Position numbers and translations under genes: made by a program. The notes beneath the pieces are model-generated. The model had not been told where the DNA came from and made no database searches. It saw only the letters and a list, made by a program, of their open reading frames with translations. Shown in pieces: positions 61,830-64,000 of a stretch of DNA of 64,000 nucleotides. The first letter of the stretch is position 1. Every line of letters begins with the position of its first letter. This stretch comes from Chiloscyllium plagiosum (Eukaryota), in NCBI RefSeq assembly GCF_004010195.1, contig NC_057735.1:46040514-46104513 (forward strand). Reading direction: 5' to 3'.

Positions 61830-63097
61830 GGATTAATGATATGACTTGGGCCTCCGTTGATTTGCTCCTTTTATGCCTGTTATATGTCTCTTTTCTATTT
61901 TATCCCTACTGAATATTTCTAGACATGAAAGTTCTTTGCACTTGTTGCTTCTATATTTCACTCTAAAGGGAACATATTGAGACTGTACTCTGCCTAATAT
62001 CTTTTTGAACTTTTGCAGACTATCATTTTCCTTTTTCATAACAAACTTAAAACATGTTATGGTCACTATCACCAAAATGCTCCCATCATTATCATCTGCC
62101 CACTCCTTTCCCCAGAATTAGATCCAGCATTGTACTGTCCCTTGTAGGATCATCCACATGTTGATACTGAAGGTTTTTCTGAATACATTTCAAGAAATCT
62201 GTCTCATCTACACCCTTTATTCAATGATTATTCCAATGAATATTGGAGTAGTTGAAATTTCCTAATATAATTACTGGAGTGAAATGACTGTATAGTTGAT
62301 CCTCAACTGCGCGCTGACTGGACCTGCTAACAGTGTGACTGACTGCCCCTTTTTTATTCTCAAACTCTACCTGCAAAGCCTTATTTGGTAACTCTTTCAA
62401 GACATTGTCCCTCCTTAATATAATAAATGACTTCTTAATGAATAATGCTACACAACCTCATCTTTATATCTTCCCCATCCCTGAAGATCCTGCACCTCAG
62501 AATAATGAGTTGCTATTTCTGCTCCTCCCTCAGCCACATATCTGTGACTGCCACAATATTGCAAACCATGTGTCAATTCACATCCTTAACTCATCTGCCT
62601 TACTTATAAGGGTTCAATCATTAAAATAGAGGCCCCACAGCTTTGCTGTACTTCCCTAAGACACAACTTGAAATTGTTCTATCTTGGTTCCTTTTCTAAA
62701 GTGTGCTGTGTCATTATTGAACTAATGCATTGGGTCCCTGCCTCTGCTGACTATTTTAAATTCCTCCCAACAGTGCCACAAGAATGTTGGTCCCATTCTG
62801 CTTCAGGTGCAGACTGCCATAGTTGTCAGGGTCCTCTCTACCCCAGAAATGGTCTCAGTCATCCAGGAATCTAAAACCCTACCACCCCCACCAACTCTTG
62901 AATCTTATATTCATCTGCTCTATTCTGCTTTTTCTGTACTCAACATAACATGGCACTGGGAATAATCCTAAAATTACAACCTTTGAGATCCTGCTTTTTA
63001 ATCTACCTTGCTTCCTGAACTGTTGATTCAATACCTCATCTCTCATTCTATCCATATTATTTGTACCAATGTGCACCATGACCATCATCTTATTCCA
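61830..63097 (-). mobile_element. CR1 LINE 5' region: ORF1 esterase (SGNH-like) remnant and endonuclease region
   Basis: VMVHIGTNNMDRMRDEVL...LKSRISKVVILGLFP; downstream DIVAVTDMWL, I.GNFNY and VLDLILG endonuclease-like motifs. Confidence 0.75.
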
Positions 63098-64000
63098 CTA
63101 CCACTTTGATTGGATTGAGAGCATGGAGTGCAGTCAATTCAAAGGGAGGTAGATTTGAATGGCAGAGAAATGAAGGTGACCAATGTCATGTTGACAGTTT
63201 TCGATTAACAGGTCGAGTGAAGGTAAAAAACAAGAATGAGGTATCCAGTTGCAGGTAGGTTGTCGAATATAGGGATCACTAAAGGCAAGAGAAGACTCTT
63301 GTCCAAAGAAATAGGCGTAGAGGTGAAGGTGACAGAGGAAGAGTTCATTATCACTCATGCCCAAAATTCATTGAGGTGGAGGCGCAGAGGGATGAAACTA
63401 AGACCTTTGTTGCGTGCAAAGTGTTCAGCATCAGAGAATGAAAGGTCAGAAGTTGCATTAGGAGAAGGGACGGAGACAGAGGAAAGGACAGGGGAGGAAG
63501 GTTCCAAAGGGATGTGGCTACCTCTGAGTTGTTGCAGCTTGTGTCCTTTAATGCTTGAATGGAAAAGAAAATGTTTCTTGTTAGAACTTTGAACTAGCCG
63601 GAGAATGAAGTATAACAAGGGGGCAGGGCAACTCCAAGAAAGCGTGAAGCGATGCTAATAGTCGAGAATGGGCATATGGTGGTGCTGGGCATATGGTGGT
63701 GCTAGGCATTGATTGTGGATCTCAGGATGGAACAAGAATGGCTGCCTGAGGAGCATTGTGTGTCATCAAGATTCCTATGATCTTGGGTGGATTCAAAAAA
63801 TAAAGAATGAAGGTTTAGTTGGAAACCAGGTAGGATCAATCAGAGCTAGACGCAGTCACTAAGGAACCTGTGGAAGCAAATTTTTGTAAATACCTTGTCA
63901 AGCACTGAAGCAGCAATGAAAGATGGTGACCAAGAGAAAAGATTAGAACAGAAATTCTGTGGAAAAGAAGAGAAGAACCTCTTCAAAGTGGGCATTACTG
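63098..64000 (-). mobile_element. Neptune-type PLE N-terminal coding region (runs off the window)
   Basis: SDLSFSDAEHFARNKGLSFIPLRLHLNEF and LPSLDLLIENCQHDIGHL, the KGL.F.P region found upstream of the PLE RT. Confidence 0.75.

Noticed and set aside
1-64000. Supplied six-frame ORFs as host genes
   Set aside because: Those I could recognise are fragments or antisense frames of PLE, CR1, Rex, Tx1, Gypsy or HE1 repeats. The rest are short and have no recognisable motif. None corresponds to the SYCP1 reading frame.

Overview
Eukaryotic, repeat-dense genomic DNA from an elasmobranch (shark/ray), inferred from HE1-type V-SINEs and CR1/HER1-type LINE tails. The only host gene I can support is SYCP1 (synaptonemal complex protein 1) on the + strand. 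It has six small phase-compatible coding exons (70, 74, 109, 95, 185 and 68 nt) encoding about 200 aa of the central coiled coil, separated by introns of 9918, 15961, 2777, 13474 and 265 bp. The start and end of the gene lie outside the window. None of the supplied ORFs covers these exons in frame; the ORFs I could identify are transposon debris. The introns are filled with decayed CR1, Rex1/Babar and Tx1/L1-like LINEs, Gypsy LTR elements, Harbinger remnants, HE1 SINEs and Penelope-like elements (PLEs). The most striking unannotated structure is a set of at least three sequence families of minimal hammerhead-ribozyme motifs (CUGAnGA-stem II-GAAA-NN-UH) carried by PLE terminal repeats. Many of them are inserted as small inverted-repeat (hairpin) cassettes with 9-14 bp target-site duplications. 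Two inverted HE1 SINE pairs also bracket SYCP1 exons. All family assignments are by motif recognition, with no database search; boundaries of old repeats are approximate (tens of bp).
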